Source of the DNA: an uncultured Acidobacteriaceae bacterium
Lineage (GTDB): Bacteria > Acidobacteriota > Terriglobia > Terriglobales > Acidobacteriaceae
NCBI GenBank assembly: GCA_964245665.1
Contig: CAXTNK010000001.1
Coordinates: 3,544 to 67,543 of the forward strand
DNA length: 64,000 nucleotides
Reading direction: 5' to 3'
In this document: one piece after another, positions 45,603-55,085 of the stretch
How positions within the stretch are numbered: position 1 is the stretch's first letter
Layout: the number at the start of each line of letters is the position of its first letter
Program-made: the position numbers and the translations under genes
Notes under the pieces: generated by a model
Database searches by the model: none
What the model was told of the DNA's origin: nothing
The model's input: the letters and a program-made list of their open reading frames with translations, nothing else

Positions 45603-48050
45603 TTAGAAGAGCCGGCCGAAAGTGAAGAAGACTTTGCGGCGGCCTGCGTCACCGAACGACCCACCGAGTGTGATGGCGCCAAGTGGAGTCGCGGCAAGTA
45701 CGCCGATGGTCCCGTCCTGCCGCAGAAACGCAGGCTTCTCCGGCGACCAGACTTCGCCGCCCTCGTAAGAGAAAACTGCGTAGAGCCCCTCGCCGATGGC
45801 TGTTGGCAGCTGTGCAATTGGTCGCAGAATGGCGGCGCGGGCGAGATAGTCGTCTGTACCGCGATACTCATCAATGTCGGACGCGCTCAGGCTCAGCGGC
45901 CCGCCGATGGTGAAGCGCAGAGGGTCAGCGACATTGTGACGGAAGTAGCTGTCTGCATAGAACGAGGCACCAACAATTTCTTTACCGAACTGGCGCGAAC
46001 TGTTGAGCCTGAGGTGTGCAACCGGTGAATTTTCGCTGAGCACAGCATTGTAAAGATAGCCTGCGGAAGCCTGCAATCGTATGCCCTGGGTGGAGACGAG
46101 TGCTGCATTCTGCCCGTCAAAACGATAGTGCGCGAGGATCGTCTGCGCGTCTCCTGAGTAGGATGGCTGCCCGTTGCTGCCGCTGGTAACGTCCCAGCGC
46201 ACGCTCTGGTCCGTCCATTCAACGCCGGCCTGCGAGCGCGGCGAAAAAGTCTCGCCAAGGTCGACGCTGCCGCCGGCATTCTGCTGGAACCTTTCCTGGA
46301 TACGGCGCTGATTTTCGTAGAGATAGACGGGCTGTCGCAGGATCTCTACACGGGGCTTGATATAAAAGCCATTCGAAGTGAGCAGCCGATAGTATTCGGT
46401 GCTTGCATCGGTCAGGAATCCAAGGCGCAGGTCAGTGCGCAGCTCGGAGCCGTAGCCGCCGAAGTCCTGCTGGTTCAGTCGCATGTCAAGCGTCTGGCGC
46501 GTCACGTTGCCGCTGGCCGCTGTGACACTTGCGCCGACCAGGAGATAAGGCGGCCCGTTCCCTGCTTCGCGCAAACGGACGAGCAGTCCGTCGGTGCCAC
46601 TGTTCTGACTGTTCGCTGCGTCAGGTTTGCCGACAATCTCAGGCGACTGCGTCAACGCATTTGTTTTCGAGCCAGGTTCGGTCGGCTCTATCTGGTAGCT
46701 CGCCTTGTAGCGTCCGTCGCGTGTGACAGGCTGCAGTGCAGCATGGATCTCGCCCGGCAGATCGGCGTTGCTGCTGCTCGAGTTTCCTGGAGTGGCCAGC
46801 GGGCCGAGCGCTGCTTTCACCACGGCCTGGGCACTGGGTGAGCCACCCTGCACGCGCACGCTGTCAAAGCGCGATGGCACCGGAACGCGGCGCGAGGCTT
46901 TGTCGGCGAGGTAGGCGTGCCAGGCATCGTCGTCGAGTGCGTATTGCAGCAGTGCGGTCCGTTGTCCCTCGGCCGCCTTGTAGCCCGCGTCGATAAAGTG
47001 CGCGGCCTTGCTGTAATCCGTGGCCGTCAATTCTTTGGTCTGCGGTTCGATGACAAGGTTCGCCAGCTTCAATGACTTCGCTTCGTTGTATGCAATCTGC
47101 GCAGAAAAAGAACGCTGCAGTACGCCGACGATGCTACTCACGTCGCCAGGCGTCAGGTCCTGCGAGGGCAGGATGACGGCGATGATGATGTCGGCCTTCA
47201 GGTCGTCCTTGGCGATGTCAGTCGGCAGATTGTCCATCACGCCGCCGTCCACAAGATAGTGGCCGTTCTGTTCTACCGGTGGGAAAACGCCTGGCAGCGA
47301 CACCGAGGCACGGACGGCGCGAGCGATCGATCCACTCGAATACACGACGGGCTGCAGAGCCGTTAGATCGCTCGCGACACAGCGGAAAGGAATTGGCAGT
47401 GTGTTCCAGTTGAGTTTGCTGGAGTTGGTCGAAAAGAAAACGTCCGAGAGAAATGCGTTCAGTCCGTTATCGATGAGGAGCGAATTACGCAGCGTGACAC
47501 CTTTGCGCAGGCCGAGCTGGAAAGCCTGCGGCAGTTCGCGCCGATCTTCGCGCCGGCGATAGTTCAGGTCCCCGTACTCGGATTCGATTCGGAAGACGTT
47601 GTCGAGCGAATCTCCCTTGGCGATCTCCGCGACTTCGCTGGCCGTGTGGCCTTCTGCGTAAAGGCCGCCGACGAGTGCTCCCATGCTGGCGCCAGTGATG
47701 CGGTCGACCGGAATGTGATGCTCTTCAAACCATTGCAGCACGCCGATATGCGCGAGACCGAGAGCACCTCCACCATCAAGCACCAGAGCAATGCTGGGAC
47801 GGCCTGCAGGTACGGTCGGCGGCATGGTGGAGGCGTTCGCTGCCCTGGTGCCGGGTGCGGTACCAGGGACGGCGCTCGGAGGACCGGCAGCCGATCCGCC
47901 CTTCCCTGTGGGATTTGTGGCCTTGCCCACTGGCAGCGTATTGGTGCCGCCAGTGGTTTGTTGCGCGAGGCATGGATGTACAGACAGGGCAAGAGCAGCG
48001 CCGATGAGCGCGGCGACGCACTCCCGACGAAGATTGAAAAACGCTCGCAT
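45603..48050 (-). CDS. patatin-like phospholipase fused to a C-terminal Omp85-type beta-barrel (PlpD-like, type Vd autotransporter architecture)
   Basis: LVLDGGGALGLAHIGV (oxyanion GGG), GASMGALVG (GxSxG) and DGGVMDN (catalytic Asp). Long beta-rich C-terminus ending FFTFGRLF. Signal peptide from ATG 48050 (the ORF extends to 48080). Confidence 0.8.
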   Translation of the reverse strand: MRAFFNLRRECVAALIGAALALSVHPCLAQQTTGGTNTLPVGKATNPTGKGGSAAGPPSAVPGTAPGTRAANASTMPPTVPAGRPSIALVLDGGGALGLAHIGVLQWFEEHHIPVDRITGASMGALVGGLYAEGHTASEVAEIAKGDSLDNVFRIESEYGDLNYRRREDRRELPQAFQLGLRKGVTLRNSLLIDNGLNAFLSDVFFSTNSSKLNWNTLPIPFRCVASDLTALQPVVYSSGSIARAVRASVSLPGVFPPVEQNGHYLVDGGVMDNLPTDIAKDDLKADIIIAVILPSQDLTPGDVSSIVGVLQRSFSAQIAYNEAKSLKLANLVIEPQTKELTATDYSKAAHFIDAGYKAAEGQRTALLQYALDDDAWHAYLADKASRRVPVPSRFDSVRVQGGSPSAQAVVKAALGPLATPGNSSSSNADLPGEIHAALQPVTRDGRYKASYQIEPTEPGSKTNALTQSPEIVGKPDAANSQNSGTDGLLVRLREAGNGPPYLLVGASVTAASGNVTRQTLDMRLNQQDFGGYGSELRTDLRLGFLTDASTEYYRLLTSNGFYIKPRVEILRQPVYLYENQRRIQERFQQNAGGSVDLGETFSPRSQAGVEWTDQSVRWDVTSGSNGQPSYSGDAQTILAHYRFDGQNAALVSTQGIRLQASAGYLYNAVLSENSPVAHLRLNSSRQFGKEIVGASFYADSYFRHNVADPLRFTIGGPLSLSASDIDEYRGTDDYLARAAILRPIAQLPTAIGEGLYAVFSYEGGEVWSPEKPAFLRQDGTIGVLAATPLGAITLGGSFGDAGRRKVFFTFGRLF

Positions 48051-48121
48051 GCGGAAGCCCCTATGCGATTGTAATGACATCTGTTTATGGGAAGTTTTGC
48101 AGCTTCATGGTGCTGATAGAG

Positions 48122-48154
48122 AAAAGGCACAGCGAATGATTCACTGTGCCTTTT
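48122..48154 (-). terminator. Rho-independent terminator after rplI
   Basis: AAAAGGCACAG...CTGTGCCTTTT hairpin with a T-run on the minus strand. Confidence 0.8.
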
Positions 48155-48171
48155 CTTAATTCGTAGGCCAA

Positions 48172-48621
48172 CTACTCTGCGTCGGACTTGACCGTGACCT
48201 TTACGTGCGCAGTCACTTCACGGTGCAGTTTGACTGGTACGTGGAACTCACCAAGCTGCCGCAGCGGCTCTTCGAGCACGATCTTGCGACGGTCGATGGT
48301 GAAGCCCTTCGCTTCGATCTCGTGCGCAATCTCGGATGAAGTGACCGAACCGAAGAGGTGATCGTTCTCGCCAACTTTGCGCGTGAACACCAGTTCGATC
48401 TGGTTGAGCTGCGCGACCTGTGCTTCCGCATCCGTCTTTTCCTTGGCGGACTTGCGCACAGCCGACTGCTTCATCTGTTCAATGACGGCACGGTTACCGG
48501 CATTGGCCTCAATGGCCAGCTTCTTCGGCAGCAGGAAATTGCGGCCATAGCCCTCGGCAACCTTCACGACGTCGCCGCGATGGCCAAGGTTGGTTACATC
48601 TTCTTTCAGAATGATTTCCAT
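48172..48621 (-). CDS. rplI: 50S ribosomal protein L9
   Basis: MEIILKEDVTNLGHRGDVVKVAEGYGRNFLLPKKLA. Start trimmed to ATG 48621. Confidence 0.97.
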   Translation of the reverse strand: MEIILKEDVTNLGHRGDVVKVAEGYGRNFLLPKKLAIEANAGNRAVIEQMKQSAVRKSAKEKTDAEAQVAQLNQIELVFTRKVGENDHLFGSVTSSEIAHEIEAKGFTIDRRKIVLEEPLRQLGEFHVPVKLHREVTAHVKVTVKSDAE

Positions 48622-48644
48622 CTTTAAACTCCTCTCGTCGTGAC

Positions 48645-49034
48645 TTAGTAGCGTGCTGCGAATGGCAGCAATGCGATATTGCGAGCCTGCTTGATGGCGC
48701 GCGTGAGACGACGCTGATGCTTGGTGCAGACACCGGTCAGACGGCGGGGCACAATCTTGCCGCGCTCGGCGACAAATCCCTGCAGCAGGCGAACATCGCG
48801 GTAGTGGATGGTGTCGATCTTCTCGACGCAGAACTTGCAAACCTTCTTGCGACGGAAGAACTTGCGTCCGCCAGGGCCGCCGGGACCGCGACCTGCGGGA
48901 CGTGGACCGCCAGGGCCGCCGCCTTCGCGTGGTCCGGAAGAACCCTCGCGAGGTGTGTAGGGACGGGGTGATGATGGTGCTGCTGCTGCCGGCTCGTGTG
49001 CCGGTGCTGCGTGTGTGCTGGTTTCGTCAGCCAT
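48645..49034 (-). CDS. rpsR: 30S ribosomal protein S18 with ~55-aa Pro/Gly-rich N-terminal extension
   Basis: Core [62 protein letters not shown]. Start trimmed to ATG 49034. Confidence 0.95.
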   Translation of the reverse strand: MADETSTHAAPAHEPAAAAPSSPRPYTPREGSSGPREGGGPGGPRPAGRGPGGPGGRKFFRRKKVCKFCVEKIDTIHYRDVRLLQGFVAERGKIVPRRLTGVCTKHQRRLTRAIKQARNIALLPFAARY

Positions 49035-49128
49035 TCGTTCCTTCTTTCTCGCTCTCCCTCGAGAGCGACTTGCCGGGCTGTCCTCACCAGGAGGATTGCT
49101 TGCCGGCGATGTATGTCGTTGCTGATAA

Positions 49129-49581
49129 CTAAGCGGTTGCCGGGGCAGCTTCGACGGCAGCCGGTGTTTCGCTCTCAACCGGTGCGGGCGTGGGGGCCGG
49201 GGCGGACACGTTCGACTGTGTTGGCAGGGCGCTGACCTTCACACGCTTCGCGCGCAGAGCCTTCACCTTGTTGGCACGCTTTTCTTCTTCATCCATGCGG
49301 ACGGAGATGAACTTGATGATCGGCTCAAGCACGCGAAGACGACGCTCGACTTCCGTGATCAGTGCGCCATTCGACTCGATGTGGAAGAGGACGAAATTGC
49401 CATCGTTGAACTTCGCGACCGTGTAGGCCAGCTTGCGGCGACCCAGCTTTTCGACCGAGGCGAGTGTACCGCCGCCGCCCTTGATGGTCGCTTCCAGACC
49501 CTCAATCAGCTTGTCGACATCTTCGTCTGCCGCATCCGGGCGAACGATAAAAAGGACTTCATACTTCCGTTGATCTGCCAT
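49129..49581 (-). CDS. rpsF: 30S ribosomal protein S6 with Ala/Pro-rich C-terminal extension
   Basis: [11 protein letters not shown]... S6 N-terminal pattern, and its position upstream of rpsR. Confidence 0.93.
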   Translation of the reverse strand: MADQRKYEVLFIVRPDAADEDVDKLIEGLEATIKGGGGTLASVEKLGRRKLAYTVAKFNDGNFVLFHIESNGALITEVERRLRVLEPIIKFISVRMDEEEKRANKVKALRAKRVKVSALPTQSNVSAPAPTPAPVESETPAAVEAAPATA

Positions 49582-49651
49582 GCTTCCTGTCTCTCCGGCT
49601 GTCTACTCTCGTAAGTAGCAGCCCACTGCGAATCTGTATTTCTTCACTTCA

Positions 49652-50329
49652 TTAAGCGCCGGGGGGGCTGTTTGGCTCCCGCCGGTTGAATGCATTCATC
49701 GCGGTCATGACCCCGCGGGTCACAACCATTTCGACCGCCTGTGTCACGCGATCCAAAGTCTCGTCCAGGACGACCAGGTCCTGTTTCTTCATCGGCGTCA
49801 GCAAATAATCCTTGCCCTTGCGCCTTGCTTCCTCACGACCACCGAACGGGTCCGGCCCTACCCCGATACGAATGCGCGGCCAGTCATCTCTGCGCAAAAC
49901 ACCGGTGATCGATTTGGCCCCGTTATGGCCACCGGAACTGCCCCGCTCCCGCACGCGTACAGCGCCAAAAGACAAAGCAAGTTCGTCGTAGATCACGACC
50001 AAATCCTTTACCGGATCTGCGTCAAACTCCTTCGCGAGCGCTTGCACGGCCATCCCGCTCAGGTTCATGAAAGTATCCGGCTTGGCCAGCACCACGGCAT
50101 GTCCCGCGATGGTGGCTGTTGCCGTCAGGGCCCTGCACCGGTGATTGTCCACTCGAACGTTGAGTTGTTCAGCCAGCCGATCAATCGCCAGAAACCCCGC
50201 GTTATGCGGCGTAAATTGATACTCCGCTCCCGGATTACCAAGACCGATGATCAGAAAGCTGCGCCGCTGTTTCGGTGTGCCCGGAGAACCCTGTTCAGGC
50301 TCTCCGGGCGATACGGATGAGAGGTCCAA
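49652..50329 (-). CDS. pth: peptidyl-tRNA hydrolase
   Basis: LIIGLGNPGAEYQFTPHNAGF. The only available start is TTG 50329, 3 nt after the rplY stop, which gives a ~24-aa N-terminal extension. Confidence 0.93.
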   Translation of the reverse strand: MDLSSVSPGEPEQGSPGTPKQRRSFLIIGLGNPGAEYQFTPHNAGFLAIDRLAEQLNVRVDNHRCRALTATATIAGHAVVLAKPDTFMNLSGMAVQALAKEFDADPVKDLVVIYDELALSFGAVRVRERGSSGGHNGAKSITGVLRRDDWPRIRIGVGPDPFGGREEARRKGKDYLLTPMKKQDLVVLDETLDRVTQAVEMVVTRGVMTAMNAFNRREPNSPPGA

Positions 50330-50332
50330 GAT

Positions 50333-51028
50333 TTACTTCTTGGCTCCCTTGGCCGGCGCTGCAGCAGCATCGGCCTTTTCATCGGTCTTGCCCTTCTTCG
50401 CCACTTCCGGTTCAGCGGGACCAGCCGTCGCAACCGCTGCTGGATCAGGCAGCTCCTCTTCCTTGATGGTGACAACGTGCACAACCGTCTCGTCTTCGTC
50501 CGAAATGAACTTGAACTTGCCACCGTGCGGCAGGTCGGCTACGCGGATGCTCTGGTTGAGAGCAAGATTCGTAACATCCACCGTAATCGATGAAGGAATG
50601 TCGCCCGGAAGGCACTCGATTTCCACTTCGCGCAGAACAAGTTCGAGTACGCCGCCTTCGTTCTTGACGCCCACCGGCACGCCCTCGAGGATGATCGGCA
50701 CTTCGACCTTCATCATCTTGTCCATCGCGATGCGCTTCAGGTCGACATGGATGAGGCGATCCTTGATCGGCTCGTACTGCCAGTCAACGATCATGGCTTT
50801 CACCTGCGCACCGCCGCTGATCGAGACTTCGAAGATCGTGTTGTGGCCAGAGGCCGAGTGCAGAATGCGCTGCATCTGCTTGGGGTCAAGTTCGAGTGCT
50901 ACGGCCGGCTCTTTTGCGCCATATATGACGCCCGGAATCTTGCCGGCAACGCGTACGCGACGCGCTGCATTCTTGTTGAACTTACCCTCACGGGGAGTTG
51001 CGGATACGACTTCAGTTGCTGTTGCCAT
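50333..51028 (-). CDS. rplY: 50S ribosomal protein L25 / general stress protein Ctc
   Basis: NAARRVRVAGKIPGVIYG N-domain plus a Ctc C-domain and a Lys/Ala-rich tail. ATG 51028 has an AGGAAAG SD. Confidence 0.93.
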   Translation of the reverse strand: MATATEVVSATPREGKFNKNAARRVRVAGKIPGVIYGAKEPAVALELDPKQMQRILHSASGHNTIFEVSISGGAQVKAMIVDWQYEPIKDRLIHVDLKRIAMDKMMKVEVPIILEGVPVGVKNEGGVLELVLREVEIECLPGDIPSSITVDVTNLALNQSIRVADLPHGGKFKFISDEDETVVHVVTIKEEELPDPAAVATAGPAEPEVAKKGKTDEKADAAAAPAKGAKK

Positions 51029-51182
51029 GTCTTCTTTCCTTTGGTCGGGCACGATACCGGATCGCTCCCTTTGTTATGACGGCGGAGTTAACTCCCGCCG
51101 CAGTTATGTTCAAAACTACCTGCCATCCGCACTTCAGCTATCCGTACTTAGGCTGACCAGCCACCAGCCAACCTGCTTTTAG

Positions 51183-52265
51183 CTAATTGAACAGCGAACT
51201 GACACTGGTCTCCATGTGAATACTTTCGATCGTCGCTGCCAGTAGCCCTGCGACGGAACGAACTTTGATTTTCGGTACGCGCTTCGCTTCATCACGCAGC
51301 GGAATCGAATTACTGACGACTAACTCTTTCAAGCGCGATGACGAAATGCGCTCGATTGCCGGGCCCGACAAGACTGCGTGAGACGCGCACGCATACACTT
51401 CTGTTGCACCCTGGTCGAGCAGTGCATCGACTGTCTTTACCAGCGTGCCCGCTGTGTCGACGATGTCATCGATAATCAGGCACGTTCGCCCGCGCACATC
51501 GCCGATCACATTCATTACTTCGGTTACGTTGATGTCCGTCCGCCGTTTGTCGACGATAGCGAGAGGCGCGCCCATCTTGGTGGCAAAGAAACGTGCCCGC
51601 TCGACGCCTCCCGCATCCGGAGAAATCACCGTCAGGTTGGGCAGGTTCATATCGCGGAAATAGCCGACCATTACGGGCGACGCGAACATGTGGTCGACCG
51701 GAATATTGAAGAACCCCTGGATCTGCGCTGCGTGAAGGTCCATGAACAGCGCGCGGTTCGCACCAGCCGTGGTCAAAAGATCGGCCACCAGCTTGGACGA
51801 AATGGCCACGCGCGGCCTGTCCTTGCGGTCCTGACGCGCATAGCCGTAATACGGAACCACGACGGTGATTCTTCCGGCAGACGCCCGCTTGAGCGCGTCG
51901 ATCATGATCAGCAGCTCGACCAGGTTCTGATCAACCGGCCAGCACGTGGGCTGGACGACGAAGACGTCGGCACCGCGGACGTTCTCGAGCAGCTGGAAAT
52001 AGATCTCGCCATCGGCAAAGCGTTGAATCTTGGTCTCACCCAGCGGCACTCCCAGGTGCTCGCTGCAAATCTCTTCGGCCAGCGCACGGTTTGCCGATCC
52101 GGAGAAAATCTTGAAACGACGGTCTTCGCTCAGCCGGCTCGGCTTCCTGCGCGCGTCGGATAAAGTCTTGCGACCATCCGTTGCACCGGCCTGCTGTTGT
52201 TGCAGGAAGGCGTCCTGTTTCGTGATCTCGGCGATGGGCACGGCTACGGCTGCTTCATTCTTCAT
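51183..52265 (-). CDS. prs: ribose-phosphate pyrophosphokinase
   Basis: FKIFSGSANRALAEEI, DLHAAQIQGFF and IIDDIVDTAGT (PRPP loop). The ORF gives a ~45-aa N-terminal extension, so the true start is uncertain. Confidence 0.95.
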   Translation of the reverse strand: MKNEAAVAVPIAEITKQDAFLQQQQAGATDGRKTLSDARRKPSRLSEDRRFKIFSGSANRALAEEICSEHLGVPLGETKIQRFADGEIYFQLLENVRGADVFVVQPTCWPVDQNLVELLIMIDALKRASAGRITVVVPYYGYARQDRKDRPRVAISSKLVADLLTTAGANRALFMDLHAAQIQGFFNIPVDHMFASPVMVGYFRDMNLPNLTVISPDAGGVERARFFATKMGAPLAIVDKRRTDINVTEVMNVIGDVRGRTCLIIDDIVDTAGTLVKTVDALLDQGATEVYACASHAVLSGPAIERISSSRLKELVVSNSIPLRDEAKRVPKIKVRSVAGLLAATIESIHMETSVSSLFN

Positions 52266-52358
52266 GTCGGATCCTCTCCAAGCTGGTTGGCGTTGGTGGT
52301 TCCTGCATACCGGTTGCGCTAGGACGGGTAACGTCCTAGCAAGGGACTACAGGCAAGC

Positions 52359-52432
52359 TGGCTGGGCGACTAGGATTCGAACCTAGACAAAGTGCGTCAA
52401 AGGCACTTGACCTACCATTAGTCGATCGCCCA
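52359..52432 (-). tRNA. tRNA-Gln (anticodon UUG)
   Basis: Hand-folded cloverleaf. Acceptor TGGGCGA/TCGCCCA. Anticodon stem AGTGC/GCACT with loop CTTTGAC. T-arm CTAGG-TTCGAAT-CCTAG. Discriminator G and encoded CCA. Confidence 0.93.
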
Positions 52433-52500
52433 ACAGATGGGAGGGAGCATGCCATTTCGCATGAACCATCCGCAAATCTTTTGTGTTTACGCAAATACGA

Positions 52501-53562
52501 CTACGCAAACATCTCATTCCAATAGCGTTCGCGCGCGAGAGTTTCGGTAGGTAAACTCGAAATCTTTTTTGCAGCGAGACGCTGTTGTGCCGCTTTGGCC
52601 GCGTATTCCGAACTGTAAAGCCCGAAAAGCGAAGCACCTGAACCGGATAGGGATGCGTAAATAGCCTGCTCGTCCGGATGGACGGAGTCCCCAAGTATGC
52701 GCTTGATGTCACCGAGGAGGGACTGCTGCGGAAAGACGACCTCTTCAAAGTCGTTTTCAATCCCGGTTCGGACAAGCGCGAGAAGCGGGTTCCCGGCCAG
52801 GTCTCCCAAAGGGCTTTTGATGGCCGCGGAGACACCGGAAGAGTACGGCCCGCTCCAGACTCCAGCGACAGCACGACTCAACCTTTCAAGTGTAGCGGTT
52901 GGGTTGCGCCGCGTCAACGAACCTTTCCCTGACCCACCTGCAGGGGCGGGGGGCACCAGGCTGAGACCCGGCCCCGCTCCGGATGGCTGTGTATACAGCG
53001 CGTCCCAGTCCTTGAACGCCTTCGGGGTAGAAACGCCGACGTCCGGCATCGCGATAACACATGCGGTCGCGGGGAGGTCGGGCAGAGGATAAACCTGTTC
53101 GCCGCGCCCCAGGCCCAGGACGGTCCCGCCAATCAGGAACAGCGGAACATCCGAGCCAATCTCAGCCGCGATTTTCAACCGGTCGCCCGGCTGCAGCGAC
53201 TGGCCCAGTTCCCGCTCCAGACAGATCAGCGCGGCGACGGCATTGGCCGACCCTGCTCCCAATCCGCCCTGGATGGGCAGAAGCTTCTCGATATGAATGG
53301 AGACGCGCGCCGAGACACCCATGCTGTCGAGCGCTGTCTCGACCATTCGCCAGGCTGTATTGGTCTGGTCCGTGGGCACACGGGCATGCGACGACGTCAG
53401 CTGGATGCTTGTTTTAGCCGCCAGTTTCGCAGATACGGATACAAAATCATGCAGGCCGATGGTCTGGTAAACGGTCGCCAGGCCGTGATAGCCATCCGGA
53501 CGTGTCGGGCCAATGGCCAGGCCGAGGTTGATCTTCGCGAAAGAGCGCACCCGAGTAGCCAT
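52501..53562 (-). CDS. ispE: 4-(cytidine 5'-diphospho)-2-C-methyl-D-erythritol kinase
   Basis: AKINLGLAIGPTRPDGYH and PIQGGLGAGSANAVA (GHMP kinase motif). Contains an internal Pro/Gly-rich insertion. Confidence 0.92.
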   Translation of the reverse strand: MATRVRSFAKINLGLAIGPTRPDGYHGLATVYQTIGLHDFVSVSAKLAAKTSIQLTSSHARVPTDQTNTAWRMVETALDSMGVSARVSIHIEKLLPIQGGLGAGSANAVAALICLERELGQSLQPGDRLKIAAEIGSDVPLFLIGGTVLGLGRGEQVYPLPDLPATACVIAMPDVGVSTPKAFKDWDALYTQPSGAGPGLSLVPPAPAGGSGKGSLTRRNPTATLERLSRAVAGVWSGPYSSGVSAAIKSPLGDLAGNPLLALVRTGIENDFEEVVFPQQSLLGDIKRILGDSVHPDEQAIYASLSGSGASLFGLYSSEYAAKAAQQRLAAKKISSLPTETLARERYWNEMFA

Positions 53563-53854
53563 ACATCGATTCTACCGGTGCCGCGCTCAGGGCAGCGAGC
53601 AGGCGGGCATCCATTACGGTTTCCTGCATGCCGACGACGAACTCGAGCACCCTTAAGGATGGTGTTGCTGCTCGCCGGCTGAGCCGGCTGCGATCGCCAG
53701 GAGATAGTAAAACACTATCGCCGGTCAGCCGCTTGAGCTTTTCGAATACCTCAAGCAACAGTCGAGCCAGTAGAACGATGCGAAGCCCACATCTTCATGC
53801 GGTCTGTATTTTCAGGGTTTATTGGAGGCAGCGCGACGGTTCTGGAAGAAGTAA

Positions 53855-53944
53855 TGGCGGAGGGAGAGGGATTCGAACCCCCGTTACCCGCAAAGGTAAA
53901 GCGGTTTTCAAGACCGCCGCAATCAACCGCTCTGCCATCCCTCC
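53855..53944 (-). tRNA. tRNA-Ser (anticodon UGA)
   Basis: Acceptor GGAGGGA/TCCCTCC. Anticodon stem GCGGT/ACCGC with loop CTTGAAA. Long variable arm. T-arm GGGGG-TTCGAAT-CCCTC. Discriminator G and encoded CCA. Confidence 0.92.
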
Positions 53945-54115
53945 GGCTTGCGCTTTCAGAAGCTTAGCAGCAATTTAAAAGCACAGCCAGTTCACCCGCG
54001 GCTGCAAGGATTTGGTCGAGCAGTCCAGTTCAAGTGCAATGCGGCTGTCGCCCGCTCTAACGGACCACGAACCCATCGGCGCGTTCTGGGAACTCAACAT
54101 CGATTGAATCTAGTA

Positions 54116-55006
54116 TCAGTCATCGTATCGTTTCTCGCCGGCCGGGATAGCAATCGGCAGGCGATTTTCCGGAGATGCCAGGGGGCACGTCGCATATGGG
54201 GAATACGCGCAGGGCGGGTTGACAGCTTCGTTGAAATCCAGCGTCACCGTACCCGGCTTGGAGAGTCCGTTGGATGGGCCGCGTGTGGTCAGGAATCGGC
54301 CTCCGCCATCAGTTGTCTGCCGTGACGTCGTGTCGCGAAAGACAAACCACAACTGGTCGTCACTGGCCTCGAGCGGTACCAGCGTCTGCTTCTTTCCGTC
54401 TACAACGAACTCAACATAGCCCGGCACCGGCACCTTCTCGACCTGGCCCAGTTTGTTCATGACGTGCATGGTGCTCGGCGTCGATGAAGGAATCCATTTA
54501 GCCTCCACGCGGTAGTGTTGGCTTGGAGCATACCAGCGCAGTCCATGGAAGTGCTTGAGCGCGGGCGCCTGCGAATCCTTTACCCGCAGATAACGCTGCC
54601 CGCCGCGATCGATTGCCCACATACGCAACGAGCCACTGGCTAAGGCAGAGCCATCATCCTCGCCTGTACCGATCAAAGGATGGTCGTTCGCCTTCACCGG
54701 TTTTCCACCCAGAGTTAAAGATGGAACATCAGCTAGGAGCGCGACCTTGCCATCTTTTTGTTCGAGCTTCATCAGGTGTGCGTCCGTCCCAGCCAGTACC
54801 ACGGTGTTGTCTTTACCCGAGCCCACGGTTATCACGCCGGGCTTGAGCCATTCCAGCGCGACGAGCGAGAACCAGCCGTAGGGCTGCGTCAGACTCTTCG
54901 CCCGTTGAGCCCTTAGCTGCGCGTAGTCCGTATCAGCATGCAGAAGCGTGGCGCTTGCCAGCACCGTCAACAGAACAACCGCAGACTTACGCAAATGGAT
55001 GGTCAT
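54116..55006 (-). CDS. DUF1684 domain-containing secreted protein
   Basis: C-terminal DFNEAVNPPCAYSPYATCPLASPENRLPIAIPAGEKRY is the DUF1684 signature as I recall it. Signal peptide from ATG 55006. Confidence 0.75.
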   Translation of the reverse strand: MTIHLRKSAVVLLTVLASATLLHADTDYAQLRAQRAKSLTQPYGWFSLVALEWLKPGVITVGSGKDNTVVLAGTDAHLMKLEQKDGKVALLADVPSLTLGGKPVKANDHPLIGTGEDDGSALASGSLRMWAIDRGGQRYLRVKDSQAPALKHFHGLRWYAPSQHYRVEAKWIPSSTPSTMHVMNKLGQVEKVPVPGYVEFVVDGKKQTLVPLEASDDQLWFVFRDTTSRQTTDGGGRFLTTRGPSNGLSKPGTVTLDFNEAVNPPCAYSPYATCPLASPENRLPIAIPAGEKRYDD

Positions 55007-55085
55007 GTCGTACTCCTGAGAAATGCTGAAGAGACAGGAAAGCCCCGCCGGAGCGAGGCCTTCCAATAGCAGTCGTGAAGCCAGC

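Noticed and set aside
50247-51182. 311-aa plus-strand ORF
   Set aside because: Antisense to rplY and the pth 5' end, which are securely identified. Its Ser/Thr/Ala-rich low-complexity translation supports rejection.
53563-53758. TTG-initiated ORF (103 aa) upstream of and overlapping ispE
   Set aside because: It is in a different frame from ispE, which has a complete canonical N-terminus. It has a non-ATG start without an SD, and I recognise no domain. It is probably the untranslated promoter region between tRNA-Ser and ispE.
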